From Smithella sp. M82 (GTDB lineage Bacteria > Desulfobacterota > Syntrophia > Syntrophales > Smithellaceae): a DNA stretch of 64,000 bases. Shown here piece by piece: positions 29,247 through 37,334 of this stretch (position 1 is its first letter; the number at the start of each line of letters is the position of its first letter). A program made the position numbers and the translations under genes. Where the stretch lies: positions 18,850 through 82,849 of the forward strand of contig MAEO01000044.1 of assembly GCA_001683985.1 (NCBI GenBank), written 5' to 3'. The notes under the pieces were generated by a model, which saw nothing but the letters and a program-made list of their open reading frames with translations, was not told where the DNA came from and did no database searches.

Positions 29247-29275
29247 TTGACATTCAAAATCTATGTGCTTATAAA
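29247..29275 (+). promoter_or_regulatory. sigma70-type promoter
   Basis: TTGACA-17 nt-TATAAA upstream of the plus-strand membrane gene. Confidence 0.5.
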
Positions 29276-29465
29276 TACACATCTTAAAGAATTAAAAAAT
29301 CGTTTCATATATTTTTTACAAAGACAGTTTTCAAGTTTAAATATCTGAATTTTTTAAAAATGCATTTCAGGTCAATAAAAAAAGATATGAAAACTGCTAA
29401 CGAAACAGGATATTTGCCCCCCCTGAAAATTGATATTGCGCTTTCATTTAGGAGTAAGTCCAAAC

Positions 29466-30123
29466 ATGAAAAAACCTTCTCTGATAAACGTTACTGCAAT
29501 CATTATGATTGGTATTTATATTTATAGTATTATCAGCCAATTGTCATATTTGGCAGAGCATTATGATTCTGTCATGGTGGCTCTCACATCTGATTTTCGC
29601 ACCAATTACAACATAATGATAATTATTTTTCTGTATGCGGTGTTATTGCCGGAACTGGTTTATATTTCCATAAGAATTGGTCTCAATTCTTAGCTATCCT
29701 TATTGCTACATTGTTTGTCTTACAGTCCTTCCAGGGCCTTCTGGTAATTGCTTTTACGAACGAAAACGGCGATAAGATTAAGATTGCGACGGAACTTATC
29801 ATTTATTTATTATTCGCAGCCTGGTGCTTGTATTACCTAAATCTAACTGAAGTTGATGAAAAGTTAAAAAAAGCTTTTCCTTCTTTATATTGCCTCTGTC
29901 AGGTTTTGTATCCGGCATCAGCCTTTTGGGTAAAAAGAACTGGGCTCGTAAAATTGCGGTTATATTTTCAATGGTAGCAATCGCCTTCTATGTACAAAGT
30001 TTCTTTATTTATAATGATAGAATTATAAGAGTTGGAATTGCTTTATTGTTGCCTCTGCCTGTATGGTCTTTATATTATTTTACTCAACCGCATATAAAAG
30101 TGTTATTTGCACAAAAATTATAA
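29466..30123 (+). pseudogene. Frameshifted membrane protein (three consecutive hydrophobic ORFs)
   Basis: GGAG + ATG 29466. The off-frame GTGLYFHKNWSQFLAIL runs into ORF 29711, and the third ORF repeats the motif (GISLLGKKNWARKIAV; WCLYYL / WSLYYF). Confidence 0.55.
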
Positions 30124-30179
30124 CGTAAGAATAACAGAAGCCTCTTTTTGTCTCATTCTTAGCCGACAGTTAATCCGTT

Positions 30180-30983
30180 TTACCGTTTAATCGTCATTAC
30201 ATCTCTGCCAATCAAATCGGTAATCGGCACAACTCTCAAACATTTATCCACAAGTCCCTTCAGTATCTTTTCAATTTCCGTCAGTAAAGCAGCACTGTTT
30301 TTTTCACGGTGCGGATTAACATCGTGCAGCAAAATGATATCGTCCGCTTTTACTTTTTTAAGAATTCTCGAACTGAGATTCTTAATGTTACGGTTACCGG
30401 CATCACCGGCACGGCAACTGAATGTTACGCAAAACAATCCAAGTTTATTCAGCACCTGCGGCAGCTTGGGGCTGATTATGCCTACCGGCGGGCGGAAAGC
30501 CAGAACGTTTACGCCCATTTTTTTGAGAACTTCCTGCGCCCGTAACACTTCCTGATAGAGATAATTATAGCTTCCCAGCATCAAGAAAGGATTATGGTGA
30601 AAAGAATGATTGCCGATAGTGTGACCGCGGTTGATTATTTCTTTGATTATTTCAGGATATTTTAAAGCATTGACACCGGAGACAAAGAAAGTTGCTTTCA
30701 CGGCATACTTATCCAGCAACGCAAGTATTTGTCTTGTCGTCGGTTCATCGGGGCCGTCATCGAAAGTCAGGGCAACCATATTTTTACCGGTATTACCGCG
30801 GCTGATTACAGGCAGGTAAAAACTACTCCGATAACAAAATGACGCGACGACACAAAGTAAAATATAAAAAAGCGCGATTACTATGGCAAGCCATGAATTG
30901 ATAAAGAAAGCAGCCGCGGCGACAGACAAGAAAACTATTCCTGTGATTTGGGCCGGACTTAAGGATGAAGATTTGTTTTTCAT
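30180..30983 (-). CDS. Polysaccharide deacetylase (CE4/NodB) with N-terminal TM helices
   Basis: ALTFDDGP, ATFF, GHTIGNHSFHH, FRPPVG and ILLHD. Start at ATG 30983; the longer ORF start runs through a repeat. Confidence 0.88.
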   Translation of the reverse strand: MKNKSSSLSPAQITGIVFLSVAAAAFFINSWLAIVIALFYILLCVVASFCYRSSFYLPVISRGNTGKNMVALTFDDGPDEPTTRQILALLDKYAVKATFFVSGVNALKYPEIIKEIINRGHTIGNHSFHHNPFLMLGSYNYLYQEVLRAQEVLKKMGVNVLAFRPPVGIISPKLPQVLNKLGLFCVTFSCRAGDAGNRNIKNLSSRILKKVKADDIILLHDVNPHREKNSAALLTEIEKILKGLVDKCLRVVPITDLIGRDVMTIKR

Positions 30984-31003
30984 TGATACATCCTTTACCC
31001 ATT

Positions 31004-31179
31004 TGTCATGTCGAACCAAGAAAGACATCTTAAAGATGTTAAAAAAGATTTCTCGTCTCTTCGTTCCTCGAAATGACAAATAAAGCTAATGGATTCCGGC
31101 TGTTTACTCCGGAAGGGAACCCCGGCGCATGCCGGGCATGCTGGGTATGCCTGGGTATGTCGGATGCGCCGGAATGACG
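31004..31179. repeat. Two adjacent TGTCAT...AATGAC-family elements
   Basis: 31004-31078 TGTCATGTCGAAC...GATTTCTCG...CCTCGAAATGACA; 31091-31179 GGATTCCGGC...GCCGGAATGACG containing the GGGAACCCCGGC..GCCTGGGTATG module. Confidence 0.75.
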
Positions 31180-31208
31180 CCTCTTTGAAATTCACGCGAC
31201 TACGCGAG

Positions 31209-31353
31209 GAGCTGTTCAAAAGCTTGTCCCGTACTTGATACGGGATGCTCAGAGGCAAGGCGCGCAAAAATTGAACCGCGAGGCTTATATAGACATACGT
31301 CGAGCGGTGCGGTTTGCAGCGCAACACAGCATATGAGCGTTTTTCAACAGCCC
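31209..31353. mobile_element. MITE-like element with G(A/G)GCTGTT(C/G)AAAA terminal inverted repeats
   Basis: Left GAGCTGTTCAAAA, right TTTTCAACAGCCC; about 145 bp with no credible gene; nested hairpin TCCCGTACTTGATACGGGA. Confidence 0.65.
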
Positions 31354-31361
31354 CACTGTCT

Positions 31362-32711
31362 TTACTGGATTAGGTATTCCCACAGAGGCCCCGTAAATCC
31401 GCGCCTATACAATTTCGGCAAAATGCGCGTTGCCTTGGCTTCGCCGGCGCCGATAAGCCAGTTCACGCGACCGTTAGCCTTATTTTCCACCATCTTCATT
31501 ATCTCTTCAACCGATATTCCCGGCGAGCGGTAAAATACAGGCGGCAGGATATTTTCATCCGCCGTAATCTGCCCTTCTCGCAAAGCAATCTCATACAAGG
31601 CTGTGTGCGGATAGATGCGGACACCGCAAAAGAAGAAGAAAACCGCTTTTCCCAGAGAGTCTATTCCAGCCAAGGTATTTTGCAGAGTTTGTTTGTTTTC
31701 GCCAGGTCCGCCCAGCAAAAAATAATGGGCAACGTGCAACCCGGCATCAAGAGCATTTTTATGAGCTATAAAAACATTTTCCGACTTAAAAGGTTTGTGC
31801 AAGTTGGTCAGCACCGTATCCGATAAAGATTCCGTCCCGAATTCCACATGGGTCAATCCGGCTTCGGCCAACCGCTTAAAATAATCAGCCGGTGGAACTG
31901 TCGGAACAAAAAAACATCCCCAGGGAATGGAAACTTTTGCTTTAACAAAAGCCTCCGCGACCTCTCTACTGTGATCGTAACTGGCATTAAAGGCGGAATC
32001 GATGATGAAGATATATTTGGCGCCGGCATCCTGCAATTCGCGGGCGTTCTTAGCTATTTCCTGCGGAGGGTAAAACCGCATCCGACTGCCTTCAATGTGA
32101 GGATAAGTACAGTAACTGCACTGAAACGGACAACCTCTTTTTGTCTGCAGGTTAAGCATGCCGCCGTAAGAAAGATAAAAATTTGTATGTCGACCGGCCG
32201 GATCAAAATGCCTGTTGATCGCGCCGCTATACGGCTCGTAAACAATATTTGTCTTTTCCTTTGTCACAACACCGAGGATTTTTTTAATATCCGTTTTTTT
32301 CTCCAGAGCATCCAGAAGCTGCGCGAGCCTTTCACCTTCGCCGACAATTCCGTAATCGGCATCAAGCGCCTGCATGAACTCAACCGGAAAAATTGTAAAA
32401 CCGCTCCCGCCCAGAATTATTTTCGCCTGGGAATTTGTTTTTACCTGACGAATCAAATTCTGATATTCCGGCAAGAAGCTCCGGCAGTTGAGTACATCGG
32501 TATTGTCAATGTTTCTGATTGATATGCCGGCAAAATCAGGAGAAAATTCTTTGATCATCGCTTCCAGAGTTTCCGGATGGGAGAAATCGTTTAAATCAAC
32601 AATTTTTACCTGGTAACGGGAATCCAGAGAACCGGCTACATAATCCAGTCCCAGCGGATATACGGGGTAAGGAATTCTAAGAGTATTTGCTGAAATTAGC
32701 AGTATTTTCAT
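31362..32711 (-). CDS. Cobalamin-binding radical SAM protein, lipid-biosynthesis type (TIGR04072-like)
   Basis: N-terminal B12 domain (PYPVYPLGLDYV, GISIRNIDN, LGGSGF, GEGE), QTKRGCPFQCSYCTYPHIEG, and EFGTES; lies next to an ACP gene. Confidence 0.85.
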   Translation of the reverse strand: MKILLISANTLRIPYPVYPLGLDYVAGSLDSRYQVKIVDLNDFSHPETLEAMIKEFSPDFAGISIRNIDNTDVLNCRSFLPEYQNLIRQVKTNSQAKIILGGSGFTIFPVEFMQALDADYGIVGEGERLAQLLDALEKKTDIKKILGVVTKEKTNIVYEPYSGAINRHFDPAGRHTNFYLSYGGMLNLQTKRGCPFQCSYCTYPHIEGSRMRFYPPQEIAKNARELQDAGAKYIFIIDSAFNASYDHSREVAEAFVKAKVSIPWGCFFVPTVPPADYFKRLAEAGLTHVEFGTESLSDTVLTNLHKPFKSENVFIAHKNALDAGLHVAHYFLLGGPGENKQTLQNTLAGIDSLGKAVFFFFCGVRIYPHTALYEIALREGQITADENILPPVFYRSPGISVEEIMKMVENKANGRVNWLIGAGEAKATRILPKLYRRGFTGPLWEYLIQ

Positions 32712-32799
32712 AATCGGATAAAAGAACTTTAAACGCTGATGTTATATTAGTAAAAAGTTGTCATATCGACCAGCGGGGCTTTGTCGCAATTACTTTTCA

Positions 32800-32880
32800 T
32801 GTCATTTCGACCGCAGGGAGAAATCTTTCTGCATAATAATATCAAAGTTTTAAGATTCCTCGCATACGCTCGGAATGACA
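32800..32880. repeat. TGTCATTTCGAC...CGGAATGACA element (minimal form)
   Basis: TGTCATTTCGACCGCAGGGAGAAATCT...AGATTCCTCGCATACGCTCGGAATGACA. A partial copy, TGTCATATCGACC, is at about 32759. Confidence 0.8.
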
Positions 32881-32946
32881 TCTACTTTAAATGACATGTT
32901 TGAGGAGCTCCAGGCTAACATGTCATGACCAAATCAGAAATAAAAA

Positions 32947-33216
32947 TCAGCCTTTTTTACGGTTATTAGAAATATATGTAGCCAGAGCGCGCACTGATGC
33001 AAAAACCTTAACGCCCAGTTGTTTGTTATCTATTTTAACGCCGTAGTCTTTTTCAATCATCATCACCAGTTCCAGAATATCAATGGAATCAATTCCCAGA
33101 TCGCCCCCCACAAGACGTTCATCGTCTTTGATGTCTTCGGGGCCTACGTCAATCAAACCCAGTGTATCAATAATTTTAACTTTAAGTTCACTTATCATTT
33201 TCTCAATCTGACTCAT
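32947..33216 (-). CDS. Acyl carrier protein
   Basis: LGIDSIDILEL; AGGAG RBS. Confidence 0.9.
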   Translation of the reverse strand: MSQIEKMISELKVKIIDTLGLIDVGPEDIKDDERLVGGDLGIDSIDILELVMMIEKDYGVKIDNKQLGVKVFASVRALATYISNNRKKG

Positions 33217-33245
33217 TTGATACTCCTACTGTTTTATCAAGATTT

Positions 33246-33368
33246 ATGTCAAGTCGCATTCTTCAGCTAACTTTGTTGTCTGCGTTGTCGACTTCCTCAA
33301 CGTATTTAATATACGTCTGCGGAGCATCCTCCTTGCCGCTTCGTTATCTTTTGAATGTAACTCGACAT
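33246..33368. mobile_element. MITE-like element (CAAGTCGCATTC...GAATGT(A/G)ACT family), copy 1
   Basis: Terminal IR ATGTCAAGTCGCATTC / GAATGTAACTCGACAT; homologous in inverted orientation to 63509..63630. Confidence 0.65.
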
Positions 33369-33383
33369 TGCAAATTCGCTTTA

Positions 33384-33794
33384 TTATCCTGTTGCATTGT
33401 TTCTCTGGTTTTCCAGCGGATTTGATCTTATTGCATTAATCTCATCACCCAGAACTTTTTCCAGCACAATTCTGACAACCCAACGTCCCAGCGCCTTGCT
33501 GTATTTGGGACCGGCAAGATAAATTCCCAACATCAAAAGCAGCCACGAGACACCGTAAATCAGCGGAATTCCCACGACTCCAAACATTGGCGATTTCAGC
33601 CAGGCGGCAATTCCACCTACTATGAATACTGCCGGTATGCCAAGAAAATAACCGCAAAAAATCAAAACAAGACCAACAATCACGGTGGCCGTAAGTTTTT
33701 CCCTGAAAATACTTAAGTCAGCGTGTTCACATATTGCGTTTCGGCAAAATTCCTTCCGGGCAAAATAAAGCGCCGCCTTTTTTATTATGCTCAA
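33384..33794 (-). CDS. Hypothetical membrane protein (2-3 TMs)
   Basis: 136-aa ORF co-oriented between fabA and the ACP gene; hydrophobic, with ADLSIFR and GIYLAG. Confidence 0.7.
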   Translation of the reverse strand: MSIIKKAALYFARKEFCRNAICEHADLSIFREKLTATVIVGLVLIFCGYFLGIPAVFIVGGIAAWLKSPMFGVVGIPLIYGVSWLLLMLGIYLAGPKYSKALGRWVVRIVLEKVLGDEINAIRSNPLENQRNNATG

Positions 33795-33876
33795 AATATT
33801 TCCTGTAAAACAATATATGTCAATATTTTAAAATGATATTTCCGGCAGTGTCAGGTAAACAGCTCTTATAAGCTGA

Positions 33877-34467
33877 TTACTTTTCCATGATACCGCCTAT
33901 AGAATATTTTGAACGAAGCGGATAATCTTTGTAGGCGATATCCTTAAAAACTCCCGTCCGCGCCTGTCCTACAGTGGCAATCAATTCATTATCTATGTAA
34001 ATGCGGCCGTCACCAATTACTATACTCGCGCCCGATTCCTTCAAAAGAGAATAACGCCGCACATCAACTTCAAAACGAACACATTTGTTAAACGGACGAA
34101 TCTGACCGTTAAAAGCTACTTCTCCGCAACCCAATGCCCTGCCCGTACCCAGCGAACCTTTCCAAACGCAGAAAAAACCAAGTAATTGCCAGATAGCGTC
34201 TACTCCCAGGCATCCGGGCTGTACCGGATCACCCGAAAAATGGCATTGAAAATACCATGCATCCAGACGAATGTCCTGTTCAGCTATTATCTTTCCCTGC
34301 TTTCCGTCACTTTCTATCAACAGTATACGATCAACCATAAGAAAGGGAGGCGCAGGAAGTTTCGCGTCAAAATGTTCCGGAGGATCGGTTATCAGCCGGC
34401 CATAAGAAAAAGCAAGAAGCTCTTCAAAGTTGAAATGATCGCGCTTTAAAAATTCCTGATATTTCAT
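33877..34467 (-). CDS. fabA: 3-hydroxydecanoyl-ACP dehydratase/isomerase
   Basis: LPAPPFLMVDRI, WYFQCHFSGDPVQPGCLGVDAIWQLLGFF (His/Asp dyad of FabA) and GRALG.G.V.F.GQ. Confidence 0.9.
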   Translation of the reverse strand: MKYQEFLKRDHFNFEELLAFSYGRLITDPPEHFDAKLPAPPFLMVDRILLIESDGKQGKIIAEQDIRLDAWYFQCHFSGDPVQPGCLGVDAIWQLLGFFCVWKGSLGTGRALGCGEVAFNGQIRPFNKCVRFEVDVRRYSLLKESGASIVIGDGRIYIDNELIATVGQARTGVFKDIAYKDYPLRSKYSIGGIMEK

Positions 34468-34915
34468 AAGTATTCTGCTCTTTCCGCATACTAAAAGTGC
34501 GATAATGCAATGATTTCCAATAATTTAAGACAAATATAAGAAATGAACTCTTTTGTCAAAAGAAAAATGCCCAAATTAATATTTGAATCATCATGATTCT
34601 AATTAATCCATTAGTCCCACTCCGCTTCGCTACGGGGATAATTCCCAATCCCGACAAATTAGAATTGGATAGTTCGACCAACGCTTTAATGAGCCTTTAT
34701 TTTCCGAAACGTAGTGATCGGAAAATATTAGAGCGAATTATCCCGCCACTTCCAAGTGGCAGGGTCAAACTTCATCCCGATTCGTCGGGATTCGTTTTCA
34801 GAGAGACTCACTATATTTTTAATGGCTTTGAAAATGAATTTGCGTTATAAGGTTGCGCAATATAATAATACGGGGCTACGCAATAGAAGAAGATGAACCC
34901 TTCTGAAATTGTTTT

Positions 34916-35085
34916 TGTCATTTCGACCAAAGGCGAAAGCCCGGCAGGGAACCCCGGCAGATCCCCGGCGTATGCCTGGGTATGCTCGGGGAGAAATCTT
35001 TAGTAAACGAAAATGATAAAGATTTCTCGTCGTCTCGATACCTTACATTTGCCGGGCAAGAGTATCGGGACTCCTCGAAATGACA
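34916..35085. repeat. TGTCATTTCGAC...CGAAATGACA element with nested insertions
   Basis: Same termini and GGAGAAATCT/AGATTTCTC core as 32800. Contains the GGGAACCCCGGC...GCCTGGGTATG module also seen at about 31115. Confidence 0.8.
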
Positions 35086-35147
35086 GATTTGATTTTCTTA
35101 AAAGTCTATTGTTTATTCTGGGATAATCCAAAATCAGGAAAACAAAA

Positions 35148-35837
35148 ATGAACAAGGCCGCCCTTCATAAAATCAGTTATGGTTTATATATCGTCACATC
35201 CGGGCAAGGAGATAAATTCAACGGTCAGATTGCCAACTCCATGTTTCAGGTAACCTCCAATCCGGCAACAATCGCCATAAGCATAAACAAAGAAAACTAT
35301 AGTCATGAATTGATAAGATTCAGCCGCAAATTTGCGGTTTCCATTTTGTCGGAAGCAACGCCAATGACTTTCATCGGTCTTTTCGGCTTCAAAAGCGGAC
35401 GCGATGTAAATAAACTTCAAAATGTAAAGACAAAAACAGGAATAACAGGCGTTCCTATAGTGGTGGAAAATACGGTTTCCTATATAGAGGTGGAACTGGA
35501 AAAAGAAATGGATTGCGGCACACACACGATTTTCGTGGGTAACATTGTCGATTGTGACGTGGTAAGCAGTGACGAACCCATGACTTACGCTTATTACCAG
35601 AAGGTCAAGGGAGGAAAATCACCGAAAACTGCACCTACTTACATCAAAGACGAACCTGCCGCCGGTGCGCAACCCTCTTCCAGATATGTTTGCAGTGTCT
35701 GCGGTTATGTTTATGACCCAGCTATAGGTGATCCCGATAACGGAATTGCTGCGGGAACAAAGTTTGAAGACTTGCCGGACTCATGGACGTGCCCTATCTG
35801 CGACGCGGATAAATCGAAATTCGAAAAAGAAAAATAA
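35148..35837 (+). CDS. Flavin reductase-rubredoxin fusion (high-molecular-weight rubredoxin)
   Basis: ISYGLYIV..., [14 protein letters not shown] and MTYAYY, followed by the rubredoxin [12 protein letters not shown]...F.DLP.SW.CPIC. Confidence 0.9.
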   Translation: MNKAALHKISYGLYIVTSGQGDKFNGQIANSMFQVTSNPATIAISINKENYSHELIRFSRKFAVSILSEATPMTFIGLFGFKSGRDVNKLQNVKTKTGITGVPIVVENTVSYIEVELEKEMDCGTHTIFVGNIVDCDVVSSDEPMTYAYYQKVKGGKSPKTAPTYIKDEPAAGAQPSSRYVCSVCGYVYDPAIGDPDNGIAAGTKFEDLPDSWTCPICDADKSKFEKEK

Positions 35838-36053
35838 TAACTACGGAACATATAATATTATTGCAAATGCTTCGTTGCATTTTTCATTAAAAGCTACTAT
35901 TAATAACATCCTAAACTTGTTAATCCTAAACTTGTTAATTGACGAATTTTTAAAATTATGCAAGATTAAAACAGTTAATGTTTAAATATTGTGACATTAC
36001 TGGAAAAACCAGTCTATAAACAAAATTTATATAGATAGAGGAGCTAACAGCTA

Positions 36054-37214
36054 ATGAAAAAGTCATTAGGAATTATAGTAGCGATAATGGTAACGGCTAT
36101 TATATCAGGACTTTTTACTATGGCAAAGTACTCCAACGCAGTAGAGATTGGGGAAAATAGCCGTTTTATTGCCTATGATAACGGAACAGCACTGGATACA
36201 AAAACGAATCTGATGTGGGCAACCAAAGACAATGGAAGTAATATAAACTGGTCGGATGCAAAATCCTATTGCGAAAATTACAGAGGAGGGGGTTACACAG
36301 ATTGGCGAATGCCGACAAAGTTTGAACTAAAAAGTTTATATGACGACTCAATTTTTGGAAACAATGGTTATCATCTGACAAAACTGATAAATCTAACAGG
36401 GGCTTTCGTTTGGTCATCGGAAACGACCGGCACCAATCCCTTCGTTACCAGTTTCCAGTATGGTTTGGCATACGAGGAGCCTTCTTCCAACACCAGAAGA
36501 AATCGAGCGCTTCCGGTGCGATCTTTAAGTGGAGAAATGACAACCGTAGTATCAGGTGCCGCTGTTGCTTCTTCTATTACTCCTGCCGGCGATGCTACTG
36601 AGGCTACAGGGCAATGGTGGGAAAAAAGATATGCTCCCAAGGTTGAACCACCAGCCGCTTCGGTGGAAGTAACTCCTACTCCGGCGGAAGTGACTGTTTC
36701 CTCAGCTGAGGCACCAGTTGCTCCAGCAGAAGCAGCCGCTCCTCCGGTTGAGGCACCCGTTGCCCCCACCGAAGCAGTAACTCCCCCAGTCGAAGCGCCG
36801 GTTGCTCCCGTGGAAGTAGCTGTTCCTAAGGCTGAAAAACCGGTAACGGAAAAGATTGTCATACCTCTTAATATAAAATTCGATACGGCCAAGTCCGATA
36901 TAAAGAAAAAATATGATAAGGACATCAAAAACGTAGCCGATTTTCTGAAAGCGAACCCGGAGGCTACAGCAGTAATCGAAGGTCATACCGATAATGTTGA
37001 TATACATAACGAACCGGAAAGAAATATGCGATTGTCTCAGGCCCGTGCCGACAGTGTCAGGCAGTATCTGATTGATGATTTCGGCATTGATGCATCGCGT
37101 ATCAGCGCTGTTGGTTATGGACCGAATAAACCGATTGCCAACAATGACACCATAGAAGGAAGAATGAAGAATCGCAGAGTTGAAGCTATCATCGAAATGG
37201 TGAAGATGAAATAA
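36054..37214 (+). CDS. Secreted DUF1566 (Lcl-like) domain + Pro/Ala linker + OmpA-like peptidoglycan-binding domain protein
   Basis: Signal/TM; D..TNLMW..., W.DA..YC.....GGY.DWRMPT..EL, VWSS; IKFDTAKS, IEGHTD, N.RLSQARA, GYG...P and NRRVE. Confidence 0.82.
   Translation: MKKSLGIIVAIMVTAIISGLFTMAKYSNAVEIGENSRFIAYDNGTALDTKTNLMWATKDNGSNINWSDAKSYCENYRGGGYTDWRMPTKFELKSLYDDSIFGNNGYHLTKLINLTGAFVWSSETTGTNPFVTSFQYGLAYEEPSSNTRRNRALPVRSLSGEMTTVVSGAAVASSITPAGDATEATGQWWEKRYAPKVEPPAASVEVTPTPAEVTVSSAEAPVAPAEAAAPPVEAPVAPTEAVTPPVEAPVAPVEVAVPKAEKPVTEKIVIPLNIKFDTAKSDIKKKYDKDIKNVADFLKANPEATAVIEGHTDNVDIHNEPERNMRLSQARADSVRQYLIDDFGIDASRISAVGYGPNKPIANNDTIEGRMKNRRVEAIIEMVKMK
36708..36826 (+). repeat. Three 42-bp (14-aa) tandem repeats in the linker
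   Basis: EAPVAPAEAAAPPV / EAPVAPTEAVTPPV / EAPVAPVEVAVP. Confidence 0.75.
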
Positions 37215-37243
37215 TTCTTTAACATAACCATCGTTTAATAATT

Positions 37244-37281
37244 AAGGCCTCGTAACTCGTACAAAGTTACGAGGCCTTTTC
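37244..37281 (+). terminator. Intrinsic terminator between convergent genes
   Basis: AAGGCCTCGTAAC-loop-GTTACGAGGCCTTTT; a second hairpin CAAATTTCAC...GTGAAATTTG follows. Confidence 0.8.
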
Positions 37282-37334
37282 TTAACGAGACTCAAATTTC
37301 ACAAGCATAGCGTAGGTGAAATTTGTAAGTCGAA

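Noticed and set aside
30995-31327. 110-aa minus-strand ORF, and the extended N-terminus of ORF 30180..31079
   Set aside because: Both are translations of repeat elements (e.g. CHFEERRDEKS), with no protein-like features.
34593-34850. 85-aa plus-strand ORF
   Set aside because: It runs through short hairpin repeats (CCCGATTCGTCGGGA etc.); probably spurious.
24035-35085. CRISPR array or ncRNA array from the recurring palindromes
   Set aside because: The copies are dispersed, variable in length and not separated by regular spacers; no cas genes.
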